Source of the DNA: Tubulanus polymorphus
Lineage: Eukaryota > Animalia > Nemertea
Direction of reading: 5' to 3'
Assembly (NCBI RefSeq): GCF_964204645.1
Contig: NC_134032.1
Location: 8,358,275-8,422,274 of the forward strand
Length of the DNA: 64,000 nt
The notes beneath the pieces are model-generated. The model ran no database searches, was not told the origin of the DNA, and saw nothing but the letters and a program-made list of their open reading frames with translations. Below, one piece after another: positions 50,790 through 61,600 of this stretch. Both the position numbers and the translations under genes were made by a program. How positions within the stretch are numbered: the stretch's first letter is position 1; every line of letters begins with the position of its first letter.

Positions 50790-51300
50790 AAAGAAAGTTC
50801 GACGTTTTTCGCTGTTTGGCGGGGGCGCCAAAATTAAAGTTCGTTTTGGCGGGGGCGCCAAAACGGAATTTTCTTTGTTTTGGCGCGCCAAAACGAACTT
50901 TCAAAGAAATTTCGACGTTTTTCGTTGTTTTGGCGGGGGCGCCAAAATGAAAGTTAGTTTTGGCGGGGGCGCCAAAACCGAATATTCTTTGTTTTGGCGC
51001 GCCAAAACGAACTTTTAGAGAAATTTCGACGTTTTTCGTTGTTTTGGCGGGGGCGCCAAAATGAAAGTTCGTTTTGGCGGGGGCGCCAAAACGGAATATT
51101 CTTCGTTTTGGCGCGCCAAAACGAACTTTTAGAGAAATTTCGACGTTTTTCGTTGTTTTGGCGGGGGCGCCAAAACGAAAGTTCGTTTTGGCGGGGGCGC
51201 CAAGATGAAAGTTCGAAAAACGGAATTTTCTTTGTTTTGGCGCGCCAAAACGAACTTTCAGAGAAAATTGGACGTTTTTTTTCGTTCTGGCGTTTTGGCG
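50790..51300. repeat. Right subterminal array of the IS3EU-like element
   Basis: About 13 TTTTGGCGGGGGCGCCAAAA / TTTTGGCGCGCCAAAA motifs in ~115-bp units. Confidence 0.9.
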
Positions 51301-52168
51301 CCCTCATTTACATACCAGGAATTTTACGCTATGGCCCTTATCAGCCACCATAGTTTATCGCGTATCATCGACTTTAACGTCTGCTTTCACGAGTCTTTTG
51401 CCCGTTCTATTTCTCCTGATCCTCAACACGGTTCTTGTATTCGTGCTACGAAACATCGGTAGAATTAGAGTGAATCTCACGCAAGATCCAAAATACAGAA
51501 ACATCGACCGAAAAGCTACGAAAATGGCAATCGCTATCATCGTCATGTTTCTACTTTTAGAACCTGCAACATCAGTTAGACCCTACGTTAACACGATTGT
51601 GAGACTGCTTGATCTACCTCGTCCTAGTGATGGCGTTCAAGGGGTCCTTTCCCCGAGATATGATACAGTGTTGATACTTGTACCCCAATTGACTGGGTGA
51701 AGCGTTCCGTTATGGGAACCTATTTTACTGCAGCTCCTGAGATTCGTCTAGTCAGATAGAAAAATCTAAATTAACAGTGGTTTATTTCATAAATAAAGGT
51801 AAGCCAGTTTTGTCTTCAGTTAACATCAAGCTATGACTGTTCAAGAAGTGTCCGAAAGGGAAAAGAAAAAAAAGAATCATACTGTGATTTATATACATGT
51901 TCGTTGTACATTCTTGTGTATTCATACATGTATTGTTAATTCTCTTCTGTGCTCAAAACAAATGTTTTTTTTGTTCAACAAAATCAACTAAATATATCAC
52001 CAGTATCTCAATTGGATCCATGGCCGAACGGGCAGGACGTGTACCTGGTCTCCAGAACTAACCCACAAGTGAGATACTATATTTAGTTGACACATTACAC
52101 TACAACAATTTGGTTTTGGTTCAACAGCGGAAAAATAGTTTTATTAGTAAATAAAACTTGAAAATCAA

Positions 52169-53119
52169 TTATTTCGCTGAATTTCTACGGCAGACCTGTG
52201 TACAGAAATATTCACGAATTTCTCGCCCGAGTAAAAGATATACGTAAAAATTAACGACATAATTACACAATTCGAATAGAGCGGAAATATCTAAAAATAA
52301 ATCCGTCCGTGTCGGTGAGATTGGTAAAAATACAGCAAGAATATTTGGAAGTGTAAATATTGCAAATGCGAGTGAAACTGTTACAAGCATTACTGTTGTA
52401 CGTTTTGATTTTGTTGTTTTCTGATCTGACGAAACGATTTTTGATCCTCTGAATAACCGAACTATAATAACAGAATTTGATACAATAATCAAAGTTAGCG
52501 GCATGAGAAAAACGTATATTACATAAGTCATAAAATTCAGGGATTGATCAAAAGGCTTGTAATAACATCCAAAATAATCCAAAAATTTCATGTTTGCTGA
52601 CGGAGCAATACCAACAACCAATGCGTTTATTGTGGAAATAATGAGAACGACGCATCGGGCGAATCTCGGTGTACATAACAAACGAGATGTGAACGGGAAG
52701 AGCACGACCGCCGCGCGTTCTAAAGATATTGCTACTATCAACCACGCACTATTGGCACCCATACAATTCATCACAAATTCGTAGATTTGACAACTGATCA
52801 ATGAATTCACTATGAATGTTGAACCACTTTTTACATGCAAAAGAACAAACTGTAAAACAGGCATCAGTGTGAAACCGATACAAAATATAAAGTCACTGAG
52901 AGACAAAGCTATCAGATAGTTAGCGTAAGATAAACTGCGGAATCTACGGCTTATCATTATCAGGAATGTAGCTATATTTCCAAAGGCTCCTAACAGGAAT
53001 AAAGTAGGCAGGATAACCAATAATACACTACGGTAGCTACCAGACTTGTTCACCAAAGACATGAGAACGATGTTGCTGCAATAAGATCGACTAACAATCT
53101 GCGTGTTAGTAGAATTCAT
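52169..53119 (-). CDS. Intronless class A GPCR, paralog of 9771-10718, 316 aa
   Basis: Colinear with the 9771 protein: LFLLGAFGN, ISLERAAVVLFPF, SKRTT.MLVTVSLAFAIFTLP, CNYVVNFY.Y.LLGREIRE. Confidence 0.93.
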   Translation of the reverse strand: MNSTNTQIVSRSYCSNIVLMSLVNKSGSYRSVLLVILPTLFLLGAFGNIATFLIMISRRFRSLSYANYLIALSLSDFIFCIGFTLMPVLQFVLLHVKSGSTFIVNSLISCQIYEFVMNCMGANSAWLIVAISLERAAVVLFPFTSRLLCTPRFARCVVLIISTINALVVGIAPSANMKFLDYFGCYYKPFDQSLNFMTYVIYVFLMPLTLIIVSNSVIIVRLFRGSKIVSSDQKTTKSKRTTVMLVTVSLAFAIFTLPNILAVFLPISPTRTDLFLDISALFELCNYVVNFYVYLLLGREIREYFCTQVCRRNSAK

Positions 53120-56100
53120 TTTGGTTTACCTCTTGCGCGGCATGAGTTACAAGACTGATTGAAATTAAGTGATATCTATTGCATTCCATGTGTGTGCATT
53201 CAAAGTTTAGTAAATTGAATTAAAATTCAACATTCAACTCATCCTAGATTTCATTATATTTTAGAATTGACCAATGATGGTGTCTGTTTGCATGATTTGA
53301 ACAAGCCAAGTGCGGTACTTCTTTAAGCGCCGAGTCTTTGTGTGGACGCGGCTATTGATTCGTGCCGAACAAATCCGCACGGATGTTAAGTCATGCTAAT
53401 GACAACTATTCATCATTCGTTGGAGAATATTGACCAATGTCAGTGTCGTAGTCTACTTGATTTGTACTCTATTCACATGCTGATGAATTAATCTAATACG
53501 AATGAAGTCTCATTTTCTAGTAATTATTCTTCATTGAATTTGTATGAGATGAAATTAATGGTTAACTTACAAATTTGGCACATATCAAAAGGAGACAACA
53601 AAAATTCTCAGAAATCTAAGACAATTATCGCGTGGCTTTCCAACCAGTAGCTACGTTTGATAATATCATTTCACTGTATGATAATATCATCTCACTGGTG
53701 ACAAGAAAGTGGTCCGGTATAGAGGTATTAGAACAAGTATTTTGCTCAAGAGGGTAGGCCTAAGGCCTAGAAGGTGGTGGGCATTGTTGTTGTCGTTATC
53801 GGTGAGCTGAATAATCAGTTGAGGGCAGTTTGAAAGATTCTGATTTTGGAACTTAACGTCGGGGCTGCCATGTCTTGGCATTTTCTTTGCATCGATCGAA
53901 AACGCAAAAGTAGATCCACTTATTAGAAAATTGAATCGAAGATTGGTATAATATTGTAGTGAATTTGTATACAGCATTATGCATAAAACCTTTCGATCCA
54001 GATCGCTTCAAGTTCAATGAAATGTTAATGAAATTTCATTCATGTCATTTCATTCGTCCAATCGTTGCTTGAAAAGTTCATTCAACACATGACATTACGA
54101 ATGAAGAGTCATGTTTGACGATTTTAGATACGATTTTAGTTTTCTGAATACGAATTCCGTATGTTTATGTCGTTTAACGATTTACCAGTACATTTCGGTT
54201 CAAGTCATCGCGAGAGGTCAAGGTTGTGGTCTTAACAAGTGACATCTTTCTTCGCGTGAACGTCACCTATTTTATGTATCCCTCACACAATGTTTTTTTT
54301 ATTAATCGATAGGCTTATGTTGACCATGAAGTTGAAGTTATAATGTTGTGGGGGTCCTTTTCCGAGTGTTAGGGTGTCGTGTGTTGACCACCTGTGTTGT
54401 TTGCGTTTCACCAGCGTAGTTCCTTGGGGTTCTTCTCATAAATTAACTACAACTAGCTTCTTCTATCGATCCAGATCTTTATTCTTATACTCTCTTCTTA
54501 CAATCTTTCTAGCACGTCCCCTCTAGTTCTAACCACTAGCTCAACCGACCTAGCTCTACCGACCAAGCTTTCTCGACCCCATTCCATTAAAACCCTCCCT
54601 TTTTATACATATTCTTCCTTCGCTCGTGACGTATATTTCCACACCGCTTGGCATCATAGCCAGAGACGTATTATTCTATTACTACAGTTCTACTGGCCAT
54701 GTAAATCATTTCTACGTGTGTTATACGTCACGAGCGCTAAATTTATAACTCAACTTTCCAGAGCTCAAGGCTGCTGCTATAACAAGCTTTCCCACGTAGA
54801 TACCCACGTCACTCTCACCTATCTTCTATGCTTCTCTCTTATGTGTGACGTAAGTATTTACGTGGGTTGCCTGCTAACCGCAACTACTGCCTTGAACTCC
54901 GGCTTATTTTCCCGTTGTCTAAATAGGAAATTTATTACTCCAATAATAATAACGCACTTTCATACTGTTCAATAATGGCCTACTTCATTATTCACAGTAA
55001 GTAACACCTGCCTGTTGGCGGGTTCTTTAATTTCGAAAAAAATGATTGAGAGTAAAATAAATCTATACAACAATGTGAATCGGATTTATTATCGAATAAA
55101 AGTATTTATTTGATAGATGGTTATTCACTTAGTGATAGAATCGATTTGCTGTTTCGCTGATGGATATTAGACTATCCAGATTCACGCCTAGGCGTGCAGA
55201 TAATATATGGGTTATTTGAATTAGATTAAGGGCTACAAAGAGCATTTCATACCTCAGATACAAGACCCCGTTCGATTGGTACCTGGCATTGTAATTGGTC
55301 GTACCATTTAATGAAAAATTGCGTATTTACACCAGGAATAAACCTAATTCTTATAGACTAATTGACGTGCAATATAGATTTAAAGTTGTATTTTGCGTTC
55401 AAAACCACGGGGAATATTGAGTTCATAACTTCGAGTTAAAAATGAAAAAGCTTCGAGCTCTTACTTGCCGCATCAAGTGAATGATGTTTCCTCGTTTATT
55501 GCATACCTAGGTCTTAAAAAAAAGAACCAGGGAAGCAACACAAACTTGTTCCAAACTCCTTGTTCCAAAAATACCGATATTGAATCAGCTACGGGAATAT
55601 CGTATGATATTTTGCAATGCAAATAATAGGAATAAAATGCCAATTATATTTCATGGTGTGCCACTATTTCTTCATCAGTATTTGGTGACCTGTAACATGA
55701 TATGCAGATGATTTCATAGATCGATGGATAGATTTTCTAATAATCTCTCGGGGAAAACTAGTTTCACATGGTCACTCTTCTTTAAAGATACTTTCAAATA
55801 TGATTTATGTTATAAGTAGCAATGACGTTATTCATACCATGATAGTATAGATTTTATCATACGAATTATAAGGTTTCAGGCTTCGCATATAGGACAGCTG
55901 AATGTGAAGTAGCAGGTGGAACAAATCTAATAAATCGCAGATAAAGTGTTTTCCAATCAATGATTACAAATGTTTTTGCCACCTCAAATCATGATGAATT
56001 TTTTCATAACTAATTTTTAGATGATAGTTCCGCCACTCAAATTTACAAAATGTGTCGTACGTTCGTTTTCGAGTACATCGTTGTATTGAGGAAAATATAT

Positions 56101-56175
56101 ATGTTTTTGATTTCAAAATAAATCCAATGATACAGTGTGTTCATTTATCTCAGTCCTTTTTGTCTGATTTGCGTA

Positions 56176-57600
56176 CAGGGTGACCCAAAAATGTGTCTCT
56201 CATGAAAACATCCATAGAATCTTTAATATCTAGGGGTTCTTAGGAAGTTTTGGACAACCTTGGTAGACGTAAAGGTGTTGTGAGGGATGGACAGTGGTTT
56301 CAACAGGATGGGGCAACTTCCCACACTTCAAACGACTCATTGGAATGATGAGGGAACGCTTTGGTGTTCGTCTCATCAGTAGGAGGTGTGATCCTGAATG
56401 GGCCTCACACTCGCCGGACCTCAACCCCCCAGATTTTTATCTGTGGGTTTACCTGAAAGATAATGTCTACCAGGACAATCCGCAGACTATCCCTGACCTG
56501 AAGACAGCAATCACATTGGATATCCACAATGGATAAAACAGGTGGATAAAGAAGATTTTCCGTTTCATTATTTATGTGCATAGTCACTTAATGTGTTGTC
56601 TGAATTTGTGGGCTCCACTCATAATTACAAAGAACAATTTAGACCACTTATTCAAATAACAGAAGCGAGCAGTACGAACGATTTCCAATTCTACTTCCCG
56701 AGCACCATCTAATCTACTATTCAAATCTATGAAAATCTTGAAGCTTGACGACTTGATCAAACTTGAATTGGTTAAAACTGGCTATAGATATACTAAAACT
56801 AGCTTTCCTCGACCCATTCTTGCTATCTTTCAAAAAAACTCATTCAACCACAACTATCATACTAGACAAAAAGACTATCCGAGAGTTGCTGCCCAATCAT
56901 ATATATGATAGATCTTTTCTTGGAAAAAATACCAATTATCTGGCAATCTTATATTCCTCAATCAAAAATGCTCCATCAGTCCACACTTTAATTAACAGAT
57001 TTAAGGAGATCACTTTTAATGGCTATTGAACCCAAATCCAATTCTGGTCTTAAGTCATTTAAAGCACAATTCTATGAAGTTAATGAATCAAACTGGCGCA
57101 TCTAAAACTTCTACAGCGGACAGATAACCATTTCGCGTTTCCATTTCACCCTCATTCTACCTAATTTTATTAAATTTTGATCTTTTATTCTGGGTGCTTG
57201 GATCCCTACGGGACACAGCCTCCATTGGCTTTCCAAGCATCCAGCCGTGTATGTATGTTAATTGTTTATCATCTATATATCATTTATACTGCATGTGTAC
57301 ATGGCGAAATAAATATTCTTATTATCACTGCCAAAATCAGGAGAATTCCTAGGGAGGAGTGTTACGGAGTAATTGACAATTTTGCACGTCGGATTCAGTT
57401 GTGCTTGCAGCGCAGAGGTGGACATTTGGAGTATATCGTGGAACGGCAGTAAAACAAGGACTGGTGGACATTGATCACTGAAACTGGGTGGATATATCAG
57501 GCATTGACTGATGTTAATTTGTACCAATTTTAGTTTGATTACTATCAAAATTGCGTGTTTTATGGATGTTTTCATGAGAGACACTTTTTGGGTCACCCTT
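56176..57600 (+). mobile_element. Internally deleted Tc1/mariner element of the DD41D (rosa-like) type
   Basis: TIR CAGGGTGACCCAAAAA..TGTCTCTCATGAAAACATCCATA with TA flanks. WFQQDGA...SPDLNPPDF with 41 residues between the second and third Asp after correcting one frameshift. C-terminal ARRIQLCLQRRGGHLE. Confidence 0.85.
56515..57323 (+). mobile_element. 5'-truncated L2/CR1-group LINE 3' end nested in the mariner transposase
   Basis: QKRAVRTI...LFKSMKILKLDD, a 3' hairpin and an AATAAA tail; 5-bp TSD ATCAC. The transposase rejoins as LKTAIT|AKIRRIP. Confidence 0.75.
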
Positions 57601-57769
57601 TACATAGAATAAATGATAATGATAAATAAGTCTTGTATATCTATAAAAAATACAGTTCAGATGCGCTCCTCTAGAAGGTATTGTCCGAATATAGAAGTGT
57701 CTTTAGATGGGACTCGAACTGCTCCAAAGAAAATTAATGGGAGTTGGTGAAACTATGTGAGTTCCGTAA

Positions 57770-57850
57770 GTTACTTTGATTATTGTATCAAATTCTGTTA
57801 CTGTAGTTCGGTTATTCAGAGGATCAAAAACCGTTTCATCTGATCAGAAA
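57770..57850 (+). pseudogene. Isolated ~80-bp GPCR fragment (TM5-ICL3)
   Basis: TLIIVSNSVTVVRLFRGSKTVSSDQK, nearly identical to the 52169-53119 protein. Confidence 0.8.
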
Positions 57851-58675
57851 CCGCGGGACCGCCTCAAAATGGCGCCTGGAAACTTCACTATTGAACAGGG
57901 GATCACGCAGTTTAAGTTGCTGAGTCGAACGGACGCTCTGTATACGTCCAGAAGTTCATAAGAAGATATTTTACATACGAACATACGTACTATACGTGCA
58001 TCAACGAATGGTTGTTTGCAAATTATCAACGTCATCTCATACGTAGATGCCAAAGAATGTGACAAAATGTTTCAAAATCCATGAAAATAAAATTGGAATA
58101 ACTAATCACTGAAAAGTACAGTTGTATTCGTTATTTATTCATATTATATTATTATGTATTTTATATATTATATTATTATTCATATCATATTATTTATATT
58201 AATCGGATCGTAGGACGAATTCTCAATTAATCCCGTGAGCAAGTCCTAGGCTTATACATTGTACATGTAACGAGAAAAAGATTATTAATCTTGAGGAATG
58301 TGGTTCGAAATATTTAAAAAAGAAAATGGTGAGTTTTGTAGTTGAAGCTAGTTTGCAGTCTTTTTTCGCCCCTACAATGTGTTTGTTACAAAACGAACTA
58401 ATCGAAGATATGTTCTGCTGAATAGTAAAAGTCTTTCATCCAATAAACCATCATTTATATATCATAATACATTTATTCTACACCTATTACAATAACTGTT
58501 CATACTAAATACTGTGGATAGATTGTATTGATTTAAGGATTTATTGAAAACAGCTGAATGTGAAGATACTCAATAGAGAACAAAATTATCAAGTTGTTTT
58601 ACGTTGTTAGTTCAAGTGAGGATGGATTTTCGATAGAAAGAACCAACGCAGTTTATAAGCTACTGTTCAGTCAAC

Positions 58676-61600
58676 ATGTCACGTCGGACTATGTTGTTGC
58701 TCTTACTCAGTTATTACTTTTTCAAGTCGGCAGTTTTAGGTACGTGACCCCCTAACAGCAAAATATTCATTCATTTTATCGAGTTTGTGTAACTCGGTTA
58801 CTAAGAACGTATTACTGTCATCATAAGCTTATTCATCTTTTACCGATCGGTAGAATAAACCGGTAGAATTTCTATTGCTCGACAAAAAAAGCATAAAACG
58901 GTCTTGCAGTGAGCGAGAAATGATTTTTTTTTCAATTCGTCGAGTTTTGCTGGCTGCACGAAAGTTGTAAGTCTAACGCAGTTAAATAGCAGAAAAAAAC
59001 GCACCATCAAAATCTTTATGATGATTTATTTAAATGTTTCAATCGATTTCGATTCATCTCTTCGAGTCCTTTTCAAGAAATGAAGAAATTTTTTCTGTAT
59101 TTATCTATTTTATTCGTATAAACTAAACATACGAAGTAACTATTACTAATTACGCAGAATATCAACGCAGTTGTAATTAAACGTATGGCTGCGTCTGAAT
59201 ATCTGGACCTTTTCTTACGGTTTGATATAAACTACAAGCTTGTAATATAATATCATTTTCAAGAAGTCAAAAAACTTCAAGTTAGAGTCTTATTGTCTAA
59301 AAACGTAACCCTAGGAGACGATTTGAAGAATATACATGTAGCTGTTCATGATGCTTCAAAAAGACAGTCTGAAAATCATCCGGAGCTACTAACATTTCGA
59401 TTAGAATTTCCTGAAGACAGTGTTATCTTACATCTACAAAGACGAGACGCGTTAAATGTTCACCGGGCACCAATTTTCGTAACGAATAAAAATGGTGAAC
59501 TTGAAAGATTACAAAGAGAAATGCCGGTAAATATTATTTCAATTTACAAGTAGGCTTTGGCTTATACGGTTTTACAAACGGTGATTCCAATAAGTGTTGA
59601 TATCTTTGACTGTATCGCGTTATCACAATATCGACAGGAAAGTGTACCTTACCAGTCGTTGGATAAAAGAGCTGCTGTTACTGTAACTACGAAACGACTC
59701 GACAATGGACGCCTACATCGAAGCCTGGTTAGTTTTCAATATCTCCAATTTGCATTATCTCTTACATCCTCCCTAGCATCGATTCGAATCTTATGGCATA
59801 GCTAGACTCAGTTCCTCAACACGAAACCCTCGCGCAGGTACATTCGCAGGTTCCCCGTACCAAAACGCGTGGCTCCAATCACTTGTCTGTTATTCATGTA
59901 TAATCGCTAAAAGCAAACTCACTGATAACCTCTAAATGGAAAAGCCCTGGCTAAGATAAAATGTGATTTCTGATCGGCTAATACAATGACATCATGTATG
60001 CTGTGATATCGAACTAGTGAGTCGGCCATAAGACCAAAGGTTAGTAGCTTCAAGACGTGTAGGGCAGGACCCTAAGAAAGTCCCCAGAATGTAAAAGAGG
60101 TCCCCCATAATATCCAAATAGGATAGGCAACAACTTTCAGTTACATGTATGTAATCAGTTGGTCCTGAGAGACAGATTGATGATGAAATAGGGGATTTTC
60201 TGTACTTCTTGATCTGGAGTAAGGTATCAAACACGGTGGGGATTCCCTTCATTATTCGGCTCGGAAGTACTGGCATACCTGTGCTGGGCTACCCCTCCTT
60301 TCTAAAGGTATGATTATTTTGATAGTTAGGTTGGGTATGTGGGGCGAACCACTTCAATGCGTAGTTAAAATGCTGGTCTAGCAGCCATAAGAAAATTTCC
60401 CCTGGATGACTTATTTTTACTCTAGGATATAGAAGATTGTGGAATAGTGTTTGAGCTCAGGCAGGATTTCAGGCCGAGGCAGTCTTGATGCCATTAGGTT
60501 CGAATCCCTGCCCGGGAGGATGTATATCTTAGTATAGGAGCTGTGGCTTTAAACAAACCAATAGCAGTCGCATTATAATTTATGACTTAATTTAAGTGTC
60601 CTTATCGCTTTATAGATGGGAACATTTAGTGTGAATAGAGATGGAAATGTGTACGTTATTGAAAAAGCTATGCAGCAACCGGTGTCAGATGCTAAAAAGA
60701 GAGATGTGACCGGGAAGGATGATGGGGTCATTCATATCGTGACTAAACGGAATTTAAACAAAAATCCAGGTAATATCGGCCGATTCAAGCCATCCGAAAA
60801 GAGATTCCGTATGCATCTATGGATATTTTTGTTTCTCTGCACCTGCAAGAAACAGGGATGTAAGTTTCCTTAAACAAAATTTTGCGCACCCGGACAAAAT
60901 AGTTTTTCTTAGGTAGAAATCCACTGCATTTATGACTCAAACCATTTAGATATTACATATTATATTGTTTGACATTTTCGAATATCTTGTTCGAAGATGA
61001 TTAAATTAATGCTTTAGATAGATTATCATTGTAAAATATTCATTTAATTTCGATGTTGAATTTGCCGTACAAAATGTTACAATAATGTTTATATACATTG
61101 ACAACTACTATGCGTTATTTAAGGGGTTTTGTGTGAGTCGATGCGCTCTACGCCGTCAATATTTGTGTTTTAGAATAACTATTACAATTGAGAAATTTGG
61201 CGTTTATTTTCTCAATATAATGTATATTTTTTCATTACTTTTATTTTGTATTTTGTCTTTCTATCTATGAATTTTCATGTCTTTTTGATAATGAATTTTG
61301 ATTGTATGTGCAATACGTCATCAATTTAAGGATACACTGGTTCAATTCAATACAATTGTCGATATATTCGAATTGAAAATTTGATATCATAATTACTTTA
61401 TTCATCTTCGGTCGTCAATAAACATATAGTACGTGTATACGTAGTTTTCATGTTTACTTTTTGTAGACGATGAAATTGATGTTTTCCGACGACAAACTTT
61501 CAGTAACAGAACTTATTACGTTGAGCTTTTTGTAATGATCGACTTCACAACATTTTCATAGTAAGTTCCGCGAAAGATTTTTCCTCAACACTGTGCAACC

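Larger units (their letters stand above)
43124..51352. mobile_element. IS3EU-like DNA transposon (8229 bp) carrying transposase and SAM-HECT E3 ligase genes
   Basis: Terminal ~57 bp form a perfect inverted repeat (TATGGTGGCTGATAAGGGCC...). 6-bp TSD GTTTAT at 43118-43123 and 51353-51358. Subterminal repeat arrays at both ends. TAY..RTA ends with a 6-bp TSD fit IS3EU as I recall it. Confidence 0.9.
42493..51700 (+). pseudogene. GPCR pseudogene (second, divergent subfamily) split by the 8.2-kb transposon
   Basis: TM1 GIFLNSLN, TM2 LRALAVAD, TM3 NWITVLIATER. Removing 43124-51358 restores the frame (ENSVY|RVSSTLTSAFTSLLPVLFLLILN, TM5; KATKMAIAIIVMFLLLEP, TM6). There is a 16-bp frameshifting insertion at ~42775 and TM7 is missing. 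Confidence 0.88.

Noticed and set aside
43200-51300. Regularly spaced palindromic repeats suggesting a CRISPR array
   Set aside because: The spacers are themselves repeated, the arrays are mirrored at both transposon ends, there are no cas genes and the context is eukaryotic.
59795-60585. Possible tRNA gene or SINE (GGTTCGAATCC at ~60498; CCAATCACTTGTCTG at ~59876)
   Set aside because: No cloverleaf could be folded. It is probably a repeat in an intron, but family and boundaries could not be supported.
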